This document shows positions 1 to 7,601 of a stretch of DNA of 12,359 nt, in pieces (the first letter of the stretch is position 1; every line of letters begins with the position of its first letter). The translations under genes and the position numbers were made by a program. This stretch comes from an uncultured Clostridia bacterium (GTDB lineage: Bacteria; Bacillota; Clostridia; Christensenellales; Aristaeellaceae), in contig CALCTW010000059.1 in NCBI GenBank assembly GCA_937907055.1, positions 1 to 12,359 of the forward strand, in the 5' to 3' direction. The notes below the pieces were generated by a model, which saw nothing but the letters and a program-made list of their open reading frames with translations, ran no database searches and had not been told where the DNA came from.

Positions 1-1
1 G

Positions 2-43
2 ACAAAGGCACGATTCTCCCTCTCGCGAAAATCGTGCCTTTGT
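2..43. terminator. Stem-loop from a perfect 13-bp inverted repeat in the convergent intergenic region downstream of the SBP gene
   Basis: ACAAAGGCACGAT (2-14) and ATCGTGCCTTTGT (31-43) are exact reverse complements with a ~16-nt loop. Each arm ends in CCTTTGT, so a short U-run follows the stem on either strand. The window edge prevents seeing the minus-strand downstream context. Confidence 0.35.
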
Positions 44-53
44 TGATGGTCTG

Positions 54-77
54 AAGCAGCCGCAGGGCTGCTTTTTT
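54..77 (+). terminator. Rho-independent terminator, probably for a plus-strand gene ending upstream of the window
   Basis: AAGCAGCC (54-61), loop GCAG, GGCTGCTT (66-73), running into a T-run through 77 on the plus strand. On the minus strand the stem is preceded by an A-run and not followed by Us. Confidence 0.6.
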
Positions 78-101
78 CGTGGGAAAGTTGCAGGGATCAG
101 T

Positions 102-1043
102 TTATTTCAGGGCTTCGGTCAGAACAAGCAGATTATACTGCATGGCGCGTTCGTAGCTGTCAGCGGCGCCGTCACCGGTTACGATGGGATCGAGCGTATA
201 GAGCGGAGCGCCGGTTTCGGCGCTGACCGTCTGCGCGGCTTTTCCGCTGTACTGAGGCTCTGTGAAAAGCGGCGGAAGCGGATCACGCGGATCCCCGTTT
301 TCATTAAGCATGATATCGCGGCACAGCTTCATCATACCGGCAGGAGCCAGAGGCTCTTCCGGCTCAAACGCGACAACAGCCACGATATGGAGACCGTAGG
401 CTTCGGCGAAATAGGGGAAGGCTTCGTGAAAGGTGACGATATCCTTGCGGGGCAGCGCTTCAATCGCCGCGCGCAGGGCAGCGTCCGTGGCTTCCAATAC
501 GGCAATATAGGCGTCCGCGTTTTCTTTCATCTGCCCAGCATACTGCGGATACAGCGCGCAAAGGCCGTCTGTCAGGTTTTCTACCATCCGGATGGCGTTT
601 CGCGGGTCAAGCCAGATGTGGGCGTTCCCTTCTTCATGGCCGTGTTCGTCAGTTTCCGGGTGCGTCTGTTCGTGATCGTGGTCATGCTCATCCTCCAGCA
701 GCGCGATGCCCCGGCTGCTGTCGATGATCACGAGCCCGGGCATCTCCCGGATCACCTTATCGAGATATCCCTCCATACCGGCCCCGTTGATCAGCAGCGC
801 GTCCGCGGTGTGCAGGGTCATCATATCACCGGTGAGCAGCTGATAGTCATGCAGACAGCCGGTGGACGGCGCGGTCAGGCAGACCGGTTGGATCGCGTCG
901 ATATCCTTCAGGATGTTTTTGGCGAAGATCCATACGGGATAAAAGGAGGCGGCAACGGTGTGTGTTTCTTCTGCCGTGACAGGAGCCGGAACAAAGCAAG
1001 GGAGCAGCAAAAGGCACAGCAGAGAGATCAGCGTTCGTTTCAT
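102..1043 (-). CDS. Cluster A-I (ZnuA/AdcA/TroA-like) metal ABC transporter substrate-binding protein with a His-rich loop
   Basis: 313-aa ORF with an N-terminal hydrophobic signal sequence (MKRTLISLLCLLLLPCF). It has conserved metal-ligand contexts LHDYQL, NAHIWLDP, TFHEAFPYF and LDPI. A His/Asp/Glu-rich insert (EDEHDHDHEQTHPETDEHGHEEGNAH) is typical of zinc-specific ZnuA. Stop is TAA. The start ATG overlaps the upstream gene's stop (ATGA at 1040-1043). Confidence 0.85.
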   Translation of the reverse strand: MKRTLISLLCLLLLPCFVPAPVTAEETHTVAASFYPVWIFAKNILKDIDAIQPVCLTAPSTGCLHDYQLLTGDMMTLHTADALLINGAGMEGYLDKVIREMPGLVIIDSSRGIALLEDEHDHDHEQTHPETDEHGHEEGNAHIWLDPRNAIRMVENLTDGLCALYPQYAGQMKENADAYIAVLEATDAALRAAIEALPRKDIVTFHEAFPYFAEAYGLHIVAVVAFEPEEPLAPAGMMKLCRDIMLNENGDPRDPLPPLFTEPQYSGKAAQTVSAETGAPLYTLDPIVTGDGAADSYERAMQYNLLVLTEALK

Positions 1044-2260
1044 TTCTTTTCGATTCCTTCGATCGCGGCGATACGCTGGGACAGCGTGGGATGTGAATAG
1101 GAAAGGATGACCAGAAGCGGAGAGGGGGAGAGGTCGGCGTAGTTTTCGCGGGAAAGCTTTTTCAGCGCGGCGATCAGCGCGTCACCATAGCCCTCTTCAG
1201 CAGCCTGACGATCGGCACGGTATTCATCTCTGCGGCTGAAATGGGAATTGAACAGTTCAACAAGCGGAGAAAGAAGAGCCATCTCGATCTCGGACATCAA
1301 CAGGATGCACAACCCGTAATTGACCGTTTCAAAGCCGAAAGCCTGAGAAATGGCCTCCGCGCGGGCTGTGAGTACAAGCAGCGCTGCCATCAGGATCATG
1401 GTCAGCGCGTTGCGGATCTGCATTTTGGGAATATCCTTGTGCAGACCGTGCCCCATCTCGTGCGCGAAAACAGCGCAGATCTCGTCAGGCGTCATGGACG
1501 CGACCAGCGTATCAAACAGTACGATCTCCTTGCTTTTGCCAAAGCCGGTGAAATAGGCGTTTGATTTTGTGGAGCGGCGTGACGCGTCCATCACTTTGAT
1601 GGACTTGACATGATAACCGTTTTTGCTCAGCAGCGCGGTCAGCTTTTCTTTCAGTTCGCCTTCTTCAAGCGGCGTGAATTTGTTGAAAATACGGTTGAGC
1701 AGGGGAGCCAGGAAGGACAGCAGCAACACGAACAGGATCAGACCGGCGGCCAGCGCGACGACAGCCAGATCTCCCAGCCCCATCACGAGCACATACAGGC
1801 AGCCCAGACCGCATGTGAAGATCAGACCGATGATGAACCCTTTGATCTGATCGCCGATGAAGGTCTTCATATTGCTCTTGTTAAAGCCGTATTTGGTTTC
1901 AACGCGGATCTCATCGAGATAACTGAAGGGGATCATCAACAGACTCGCGACTGTGCTGAGCAGCAGAACGGCGATGGTCTGCAGATAGGGATTCGCGCCG
2001 AAGAGACCGGCAAAGGCCGCGTAGGCATCGGTGCAGTACAGGATAAGGGCAATGAGCATGGAGGCTGTGGTGGAAATGAAACTGACGCGCGTTTTTTCGT
2101 GATGATACTTTTTCCAGTTCTCATAGGTGGCGGCGTCATAAACATCGCGCACATTATCGGGCGTTTTGTTTTTATCACTGGTATAGCTCAGATAATGCAG
2201 CAGCATCTGCCACAGGTAGACAACGATCAGCAGGCTGATCATGAGGATCTTCCAGTTCAT
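1040..2260 (-). CDS. M48 family (Ste24/HtpX-like) integral-membrane zinc metalloprotease
   Basis: Has the HEMGH zincin motif (FAHEMGHGLHKD), multiple hydrophobic TM segments in the N-terminal half, and a C-terminal SHPTLSQR typical of M48. Start is ambiguous. I favour the ATG at 2260 (MNWKIL..., AAAGGAA 6 nt upstream). ATG at 2284 and TTG at 2290 (ORF-track start) are in frame but sit in or against the thrS terminator U-tract. Stop is TGA. Confidence 0.85.
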   Translation of the reverse strand: MNWKILMISLLIVVYLWQMLLHYLSYTSDKNKTPDNVRDVYDAATYENWKKYHHEKTRVSFISTTASMLIALILYCTDAYAAFAGLFGANPYLQTIAVLLLSTVASLLMIPFSYLDEIRVETKYGFNKSNMKTFIGDQIKGFIIGLIFTCGLGCLYVLVMGLGDLAVVALAAGLILFVLLLSFLAPLLNRIFNKFTPLEEGELKEKLTALLSKNGYHVKSIKVMDASRRSTKSNAYFTGFGKSKEIVLFDTLVASMTPDEICAVFAHEMGHGLHKDIPKMQIRNALTMILMAALLVLTARAEAISQAFGFETVNYGLCILLMSEIEMALLSPLVELFNSHFSRRDEYRADRQAAEEGYGDALIAALKKLSRENYADLSPSPLLVILSYSHPTLSQRIAAIEGIEKK

Positions 2261-2288
2261 AGGCGTTCCTTTCAGAAAAGGCATTTTC

Positions 2289-2322
2289 AAAAACAGCCGC
2301 GGAGGAATGCCCGCCGCGGCTG
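2289..2322 (-). terminator. Rho-independent terminator downstream of thrS
   Basis: On the minus strand: CAGCCGCGG, an 11-nt loop, CCGCGGCTG (perfect 9 bp), then TTTTT. It begins 13 nt after the thrS stop. Confidence 0.8.
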
Positions 2323-2334
2323 CTGTATAGGTGA

Positions 2335-4119
2335 TTACTTACGGTTTTTGATCTCGCTCTGGATCTTTGCAGCGAATTCATCTACCGTCATGACGGTGGT
2401 GGAATCGGTGTCACGATCACGCACGGACAGCGTACCGTCCTGTACTTCCTTTTCACCGATGACCAGCATGTAGGGGACGCGGTCCTCTGTACGGGCGGCG
2501 CGGATCTTGTAGCCGATCTTTTCACTGCTCTCGTCCAGCTCGATGCGGACACCCAGATCGCTCAGCTTATCGGTGACCTCTCTGGCGTAATCCAGGCTCT
2601 TTTCGGAGACGGGCAGCGTCTTGACCTGCAGGGGAGCGAGCCAGACGGGGAACTTGCCCTTGGTCTCCTCGATCATGTAGGCCATGAAGCGGTCCAGACT
2701 GCCGAGGATGGCGCGGTGCAGAACAACGGGGGTCTTGGAAACGCCGTCCTTATCGATGTAGGTGAGCTGGAACTTGGCCGGCAGGCAGAAATCCAGCTGG
2801 CAGGTGGAAAGGGTGTACTCCGCGCCGACGGCGGGCTTCACATTCACGTCCAGCTTGGGGCCGTAGAAGGCGGCCTCGCCGATCTCCTCGGTGTATTCGA
2901 TGCCCAGTTCATTCAGCACTTCGCGCAGGGCGTTTTCCGCCTTGTTCCACATTTCATCATCCTGATGATACTTCTTGGTATCGGCAGGATCACGCAGGGA
3001 CAGCACGCAGCGGTAATCGGTGATGTTGAAATCCTGGTAAACATCCTTGATGAGGGCGACGACGGAAGCGACTTCGTCCTTGATCTGCTCCGGCGTGACG
3101 AACAGGTGAGCGTCGTTCTGGCAGAAGTGACGGCCGCGTTCGATGCCCTTCAGGGTGCCGCTGGCTTCAAAACGGAAGTCATGCGCGATCTCACCGATGC
3201 GCAGGGGCAGCTGACGGTAGGAACGGGGACGGTTGGCGAAGATCATCATGTGATGCGGGCAGTTCATGGGACGCAGCACGAAGCTTTCGCCTTCCACTTC
3301 CATGGCCGGGAACATGTTGTCCTTGTAATGATCCCAGTGACCGCTGGTCTTGTACAGATCCACAGAACCGACACAGGGGGTCATAACATGCTGATAGCCC
3401 AGCTTGCGTTCCTTTTCCTTGATGTAGTTCTCGAGTTCCTGCCAGATGGTGTAGCCCTTGGGCAGGAACATCGGCAGACCGCGGCCGATCAGGTTATCGG
3501 TCATGAACAGCTGCATTTCCTTGCCGATCTTGCGGTGATCGCGCTGACGGGCTTCTTCCATCTGCTTTTCGTATTCCACCAGTTCTTCCTTGGTGGCGAA
3601 GGCGATACCGTTGATACGGGTGAGCATTTTGTTTTCAGCGTTGTTCTTCCAGTAGGCGCCGGAGATGGCGGTCAGCTTGAAGGCCTTCAGCGCCTTGGTG
3701 TAGCACAGGTGGGGGCCGACGCACATATCGGTGTAATCGCCCTGCTGATAGAAGGTGAGCGTGGCATCCTCAGGCAGATCGCCGATATGCTCCACCTTGT
3801 AGATCTCGCCCTTTTCCTGCATCATCTTGATGGCCTCATCGCGGGAAAGCGCGTAGGGCTTGATGGGCAGGTTCTGCTTGACGATGTTCTGCATTTCCTT
3901 TTCGATGGCAGCCAGATCGTCATCAGTCAGCTTGACATCGCCCAGATCGATATCATAGTGGAAGCCTTTGTCGGTCGCGGGACCGTAGGCGAAATGAGCG
4001 TCGGGATACAGATGCTTCACAGCCTGCGCCAGAATGTGGGCGGCGCTGTGACGGATGACATGCAGTTCTTCTTCTGCAGGGCATTCCGCGGTCGTACCGT
4101 TGTTGTAGATGATCTTCAT
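2335..4119 (-). CDS. thrS: Threonine--tRNA ligase (class II aaRS), short-N-terminus form
   Basis: 594 aa. Editing-domain motifs are HSAAHILAQAV and DMCVGPH. Class II catalytic-core motifs include RPMNCPHH, FRFEASG and GPKLD, and the anticodon-binding C-terminus has PLQVKTLPV. GGAGGAGGA lies upstream of the ATG. A Thr-specific T-box leader precedes it. Stop is TAA. Confidence 0.95.
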   Translation of the reverse strand: MKIIYNNGTTAECPAEEELHVIRHSAAHILAQAVKHLYPDAHFAYGPATDKGFHYDIDLGDVKLTDDDLAAIEKEMQNIVKQNLPIKPYALSRDEAIKMMQEKGEIYKVEHIGDLPEDATLTFYQQGDYTDMCVGPHLCYTKALKAFKLTAISGAYWKNNAENKMLTRINGIAFATKEELVEYEKQMEEARQRDHRKIGKEMQLFMTDNLIGRGLPMFLPKGYTIWQELENYIKEKERKLGYQHVMTPCVGSVDLYKTSGHWDHYKDNMFPAMEVEGESFVLRPMNCPHHMMIFANRPRSYRQLPLRIGEIAHDFRFEASGTLKGIERGRHFCQNDAHLFVTPEQIKDEVASVVALIKDVYQDFNITDYRCVLSLRDPADTKKYHQDDEMWNKAENALREVLNELGIEYTEEIGEAAFYGPKLDVNVKPAVGAEYTLSTCQLDFCLPAKFQLTYIDKDGVSKTPVVLHRAILGSLDRFMAYMIEETKGKFPVWLAPLQVKTLPVSEKSLDYAREVTDKLSDLGVRIELDESSEKIGYKIRAARTEDRVPYMLVIGEKEVQDGTLSVRDRDTDSTTVMTVDEFAAKIQSEIKNRK

Positions 4120-4139
4120 GGTGATCCTCCTCCCTCACG

Positions 4140-4391
4140 GGTGTATTTGGTGGGGGTGAAACAGAAAAAGGCACTCGCCCCCGCGTGCTTGCGGGGACGA
4201 ATGCCGTATCATACGCGCATCCGCGGTTCCACCCTGCTTGTCTTCAGACCTCTTTCATCAGTGCTTTATCGGTCACCGGCCGGACCCGTCGGGAGGTGGT
4301 ACATGGATCTGCTCGCGGCGGGCGCTTTCAGCCTGGACGCCTGCTCTCTTGCGCTGCGTGGATCGATGCTTGTTCTCCGTCATTCGGAAAC
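4140..4391 (-). promoter_or_regulatory. T-box riboswitch leader (threonine, ACC specifier) controlling thrS
   Basis: On the minus strand the conserved T-box sequence AGGGTGGAACCGCGG is the complement of 4221-4235. Stem I elements are an AUGA/GA K-turn-like base, an AGAGAG bulge and a GGCUGAAAG distal loop. Hand folding places codon ACC (complement of 4298-4300), followed by A, on the 3' side of the specifier loop. A terminator follows. Confidence 0.85.
4165..4205 (-). terminator. T-box attenuator (intrinsic terminator) of the thrS leader
   Basis: On the minus strand: GGCATTCGTCCCCGC, loop AAGCAC, GCGGGGGCGAGTGCC (15 bp including two G-U pairs), followed by TTTTT. It sits immediately 3' of the T-box sequence, so alternative antiterminator pairing is possible. 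Confidence 0.85.
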
Positions 4392-4397
4392 AGCCCC

Positions 4398-4426
4398 ATT
4401 ATAAGCCTGTTTTCCCGGGATGTCAA
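4398..4426 (-). promoter_or_regulatory. Consensus sigma-A type promoter for the thrS leader
   Basis: On the minus strand: TTGACA (4426-4421), a 17-nt spacer, then TATAAT (4403-4398). Both hexamers match consensus perfectly. Confidence 0.8.
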
Positions 4427-4507
4427 CATATTGAAGCGTTGAAATCACAGAGAGCAAGGGGGAAAAACAAGGGGGAACGCGTTTATAAGGGAACAGGGGA
4501 AAAAGCG

Positions 4508-5530
4508 TTATCTGAGCAGCGGGAGCAGCTGATCGGCCAGCTTCTGATCACTGACCGGCGTGGGATGGAAATCCGGTACATAGCCGTCCTCTTTTAGCTG
4601 ATCGGCGACAGGCTGCGCCTGAACGCGAGGATCGCCGGTCTCGGACTGATAGCGCTCTACAGCCCTGACCATGCTGTCATTCAGACCGGTCCCCATCAAG
4701 CCCAGTACGCAGAGAATAGCGGCATCGGGATTGCGGCGGCGCACGGTCTTGAGGAACGCGACATAGCCGTCAATGTATTCCTGCTCTTTTTCCGGTTCGC
4801 CCTTTGTGTAGCTCAGGTCATTCGTGCCCAGATTGATGACGATCTGCTCAGGCTGAAAGAAGGAAAAATCCCATTCATAGTTGTTGACACGCTCATGCCC
4901 GGGAATGGGCTGATCGCAGAAGCCGACCTTTTCATAGCAATCGGGCACGAGGATCTGCGTATTCTTGACACCGTCACCGGTGTAGCCGCTCACGATGCCA
5001 AAGCCGCTGAAGCAGGTGAAGGCGGCGTCCGCGTCCAGTGCTTCGGCGAGACGGCCGGCGTAGGAACGGCGGACATCCTCGATGGCAGTGGAGTAGATCA
5101 TGCTGACATTGCCGTCAATGCCGTAGCCGCAGGTGATGCTGTCGCCGATGAACTCGATCGTGCGCTTCTTTTTTTCGGCGGGCCTGACTGTGCCGTCAAA
5201 ATCGCGCAGTTCCACCCCCAGATTGCTCTGGCTGGCCTCGCTGATCTTCATGACGGTGACCGCGCAGCCGCTGTCCGTGCCGAAGGGCAGGGGAATGACC
5301 TTTTCCGGGGTGTCCATCACATCGGTACAGATGGGATAGCCGTCCAGATACACGCAATACCGCGCGCGGTTATGTGTGGTGCTGTCAGGCTGAGAGGTAC
5401 GATCACCATGCAGCACGATCGTGCCTTTGGTGCAATGTTCACAGGTGAAATCCACCCGGCTGCCTGAAGAAGACAGCCAGATGATCTCATCAAAAATGAT
5501 ATGTCGTCCCAAAATCTTGACAGGGAACAT
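4508..5530 (-). CDS. SGNH/GDSL-family hydrolase with an N-terminal beta-sandwich-like domain (CE2-like carbohydrate esterase architecture)
   Basis: Block I is FIGDSITCGYG, block III is NLGTNDL, and the C-terminal block V-like motif is DFHPT. About 130 aa of non-catalytic N-terminal domain precede these. I chose the start at ATG 5530 (MFPVKIL) because GGAGG lies 8 nt upstream. The longer ORF-track start (5578) would overlap the upstream gene. Stop is TAA. Confidence 0.8.
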   Translation of the reverse strand: MFPVKILGRHIIFDEIIWLSSSGSRVDFTCEHCTKGTIVLHGDRTSQPDSTTHNRARYCVYLDGYPICTDVMDTPEKVIPLPFGTDSGCAVTVMKISEASQSNLGVELRDFDGTVRPAEKKKRTIEFIGDSITCGYGIDGNVSMIYSTAIEDVRRSYAGRLAEALDADAAFTCFSGFGIVSGYTGDGVKNTQILVPDCYEKVGFCDQPIPGHERVNNYEWDFSFFQPEQIVINLGTNDLSYTKGEPEKEQEYIDGYVAFLKTVRRRNPDAAILCVLGLMGTGLNDSMVRAVERYQSETGDPRVQAQPVADQLKEDGYVPDFHPTPVSDQKLADQLLPLLR

Positions 5531-5549
5531 AGGGTTGTCCTCCGTTGAT

Positions 5550-6872
5550 TTATTCGATGGTGAAGCAGCCGTCGGCATCCGTCTTCACACAGGCGGCATA
5601 GAAGGCTTCCATGGCGTCTGCCATGTGCTTCACATCCGCGCAGCCCGCGGATTCGTAGGAAGAGTGCATGGCCAGCTGCGCGGCGCCGATATCCACGGTG
5701 TTCATGGAGACATGAGCGTTGGCGATATTGCCCAGCGTGGAACCGCCGGGGAGGTCACTGTGGTTGTGGAAGTGCTGTACCGGCACACCGGCATTGGCGC
5801 AGACGGTCTCGAATACAGCAGAGGAAGCGCCGTCGGTGGTGTATTTCTGATTGGCGTTATGCTTGATGACAACACCGCGGTTCATATAGGTGCGGTTGTC
5901 GGCATCGAACTTCTCGGGGTGGTTGGGGTGCAGGGCATGCGCGTTGTCGGCGGAAAGCATGAAGGAAGCGCTGATCATGGCGCGGGCTTTGGACAGGGAA
6001 TTGCCCAGATCCTCGGCGATGCGCAGCATGGTATCCTGCAGGAAGGTGCTGTCCGCGCCCTGCTTGGAGCGGCTGCCCACTTCTTCGTTATCAAACACGG
6101 CGCAGATGTTGATCTGCTTTTTGGGATGAGAACTGATGATCGCTTCCACAGAGGTGTAGGCGCATTCAAGGTCATCGATACGGCCGCAGCTGAAGAACTG
6201 ATCTTCCGCGCCCCACACCGTGCCGGGAACACGGCCGTAGAGGAACAGATCGCTTCCGGCGATCTCATCAACAGAGCAGCCGGCCTTTGCCGCAATCTGC
6301 TGATTCAGCTTGCCGGCATCCGTGTTATCACCAAACAGGGGCAGCAGATCGGTCTGCGGCTTGAAGGCATAGCCGCTGTTGCATTCACGGTTGAAGTGGA
6401 TCGGCATATTGGGGATCACGCAGGCATCGCGGTCCAGATCAACAAGCTTCGCGGTGATCTTTTCACCCTGACGGATGAATACGCGGCCGGCGATACCCAG
6501 CGGACGATCCAGCCAGGTGGACATGATCATGCCGCCGTAGGGCTCTACATTCAGACGGCAATAAGCTCCGAGCGCCTGCTGTTCGCACTTCTGCTTCAGC
6601 TTGAAGACGGGAGAATCGGTGTGGGAGGCGACGATCTGGAAATGATCCGCCGGACCTTCCGGGATCTCAAACGCGATGACGGAGGAAAGGTTGCGGGTGA
6701 TGTACCAGCGGCCCGCGGTCAGCCTGACGTTATCATTTTCGTTTACACGGCTGAAACCGGCTTTTTCAAGCTTTTCGCAAATGGCATTGACCGCGTGAAA
6801 AGCGGTGGGGGAATTTTTGACGAAATCGATAAAACCATTGACAGAGGCGACGTTGGAAAGCTGTTCGCTCAT
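5550..6872 (-). CDS. M18 family aminopeptidase (aspartyl aminopeptidase-like)
   Basis: 440 aa with an N-terminal FIDFVKNSPTAFHAV and SHTDSPVFKLK. Downstream metal-ligand contexts (FDNEEVGS, GSTLG, DIGAAQLAMHS) are characteristic of M18 peptidases. AGGAG lies upstream. Stop is TAA. Confidence 0.85.
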   Translation of the reverse strand: MSEQLSNVASVNGFIDFVKNSPTAFHAVNAICEKLEKAGFSRVNENDNVRLTAGRWYITRNLSSVIAFEIPEGPADHFQIVASHTDSPVFKLKQKCEQQALGAYCRLNVEPYGGMIMSTWLDRPLGIAGRVFIRQGEKITAKLVDLDRDACVIPNMPIHFNRECNSGYAFKPQTDLLPLFGDNTDAGKLNQQIAAKAGCSVDEIAGSDLFLYGRVPGTVWGAEDQFFSCGRIDDLECAYTSVEAIISSHPKKQINICAVFDNEEVGSRSKQGADSTFLQDTMLRIAEDLGNSLSKARAMISASFMLSADNAHALHPNHPEKFDADNRTYMNRGVVIKHNANQKYTTDGASSAVFETVCANAGVPVQHFHNHSDLPGGSTLGNIANAHVSMNTVDIGAAQLAMHSSYESAGCADVKHMADAMEAFYAACVKTDADGCFTIE

Positions 6873-6906
6873 GGGGAGAATACTCCTTTCAAAGGTTGTT
6901 TGATGT

Positions 6907-6935
6907 ATTATAGCATGAAAAGCATGATCGGGAAA
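6907..6935 (-). promoter_or_regulatory. Candidate extended -10 promoter for the M18 aminopeptidase/SGNH esterase pair
   Basis: On the minus strand: TGCTATAAT (extended -10, TATAAT = complement of 6907-6912), with a weak -35 TTTCCC 17 nt upstream. It lies about 35 nt upstream of the start codon. Confidence 0.4.
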
Positions 6936-7026
6936 GCATGGAATTGAGGATGAACGGAGCGATCTTTCGCGGATGAACTGTCAGAACGAAAAGCAGTGTA
7001 AGATACGGCTGATGACAGGCGCGGCA

Positions 7027-7494
7027 TCATTCTGCCAGTGCCTTCAGCGTATCGCCTGCCAGACGATAGACCGTCCAGTCCGACATGGGTTCCGCGCCAA
7101 GGGAAAGATAAAAATCGATACTGGGCTTGTTCCAGTCAAGGCACCACCATTCCAGACGGCCGCAGCCGCGTTCGACCGCGATGCGGGCCAGCGTGCGGAT
7201 CAATCCCTTTCCGTAGCCCTTTCCCCGGAACTCCGGTCTGACATAGAGATCCTCCAGATAAAGCCCGGCTCTTCCAAGGAAGGTGGAGAAATTATGGAAG
7301 AACAGGGCGAACCCGACTTCCTTTCCGTCTTCCAGCGCGAAAATGACCTCAGCCTTCTGTTTTTCAAAGATCCAGTGGCATAATGTGGCTTCATCCGCCA
7401 CCACCTGATCCGCCATTTTTTCATAGGCGGCCAGTTCGCGGATGAAGGAGAGGATCAGAGCGGTGTCTTTTTCCGTGGCAAATCTGTATTCCAT
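7027..7494 (-). CDS. GNAT family N-acetyltransferase (diamine/spermidine acetyltransferase-like)
   Basis: 155 aa with the acetyl-CoA binding motif RPEFRGKGYGKGL and an overall GNAT fold pattern. GGAGGA lies 8 nt upstream of the ATG. Stop is TGA. Confidence 0.85.
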   Translation of the reverse strand: MEYRFATEKDTALILSFIRELAAYEKMADQVVADEATLCHWIFEKQKAEVIFALEDGKEVGFALFFHNFSTFLGRAGLYLEDLYVRPEFRGKGYGKGLIRTLARIAVERGCGRLEWWCLDWNKPSIDFYLSLGAEPMSDWTVYRLAGDTLKALAE

Positions 7495-7601
7495 TCCGGA
7501 TATCCTCCTGTTTGCTGATCAGCCGGGACAGCCCGGACGGGGAACGACCAAAGTCTGCTGCCGGACGCGTGAAAATGTATCCGGAATGCTGAACCTGTAT
7601 T

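Noticed and set aside
2716-4404. 562-aa plus-strand ORF antisense to thrS. The same class includes 387-1100 (+), 1610-2473 (+), 5421-6947 (+, 508 aa), 8372-9610 (-, 412 aa) and 10728-11891 (-, 387 aa).
   Set aside because: Each lies fully opposite a gene with clear family motifs. Their translations are low-complexity (rich in G/A/R/V/H/D) with no recognisable motifs or RBS. They are the long shadow ORFs expected in GC-rich coding DNA.
4455-4500. Four G-runs (G5, G5, G3, G4) on the plus strand as a potential G-quadruplex.
   Set aside because: The loops are 8, 13 and 4 nt, longer than canonical G4 limits. The G-rich strand is also the non-transcribed one for both flanking genes. The Rho-type C-rich transcript interpretation is more economical.
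5531-5578. N-terminal extension of the SGNH esterase ORF (MPTAASPSNKSTEDNP...).
   Set aside because: It would overlap the 3' end of the aminopeptidase gene and has no RBS. The internal ATG at 5530 has GGAGG at ideal spacing.
6912-6940. Three AGCATG hexamers (6912, 6921, 6935) in the aminopeptidase promoter region.
   Set aside because: The spacing is irregular (9 and 14 nt) and the repeats are short, with no extended conserved flanks. Chance or promoter-overlap explains them, so I could not support an operator call.
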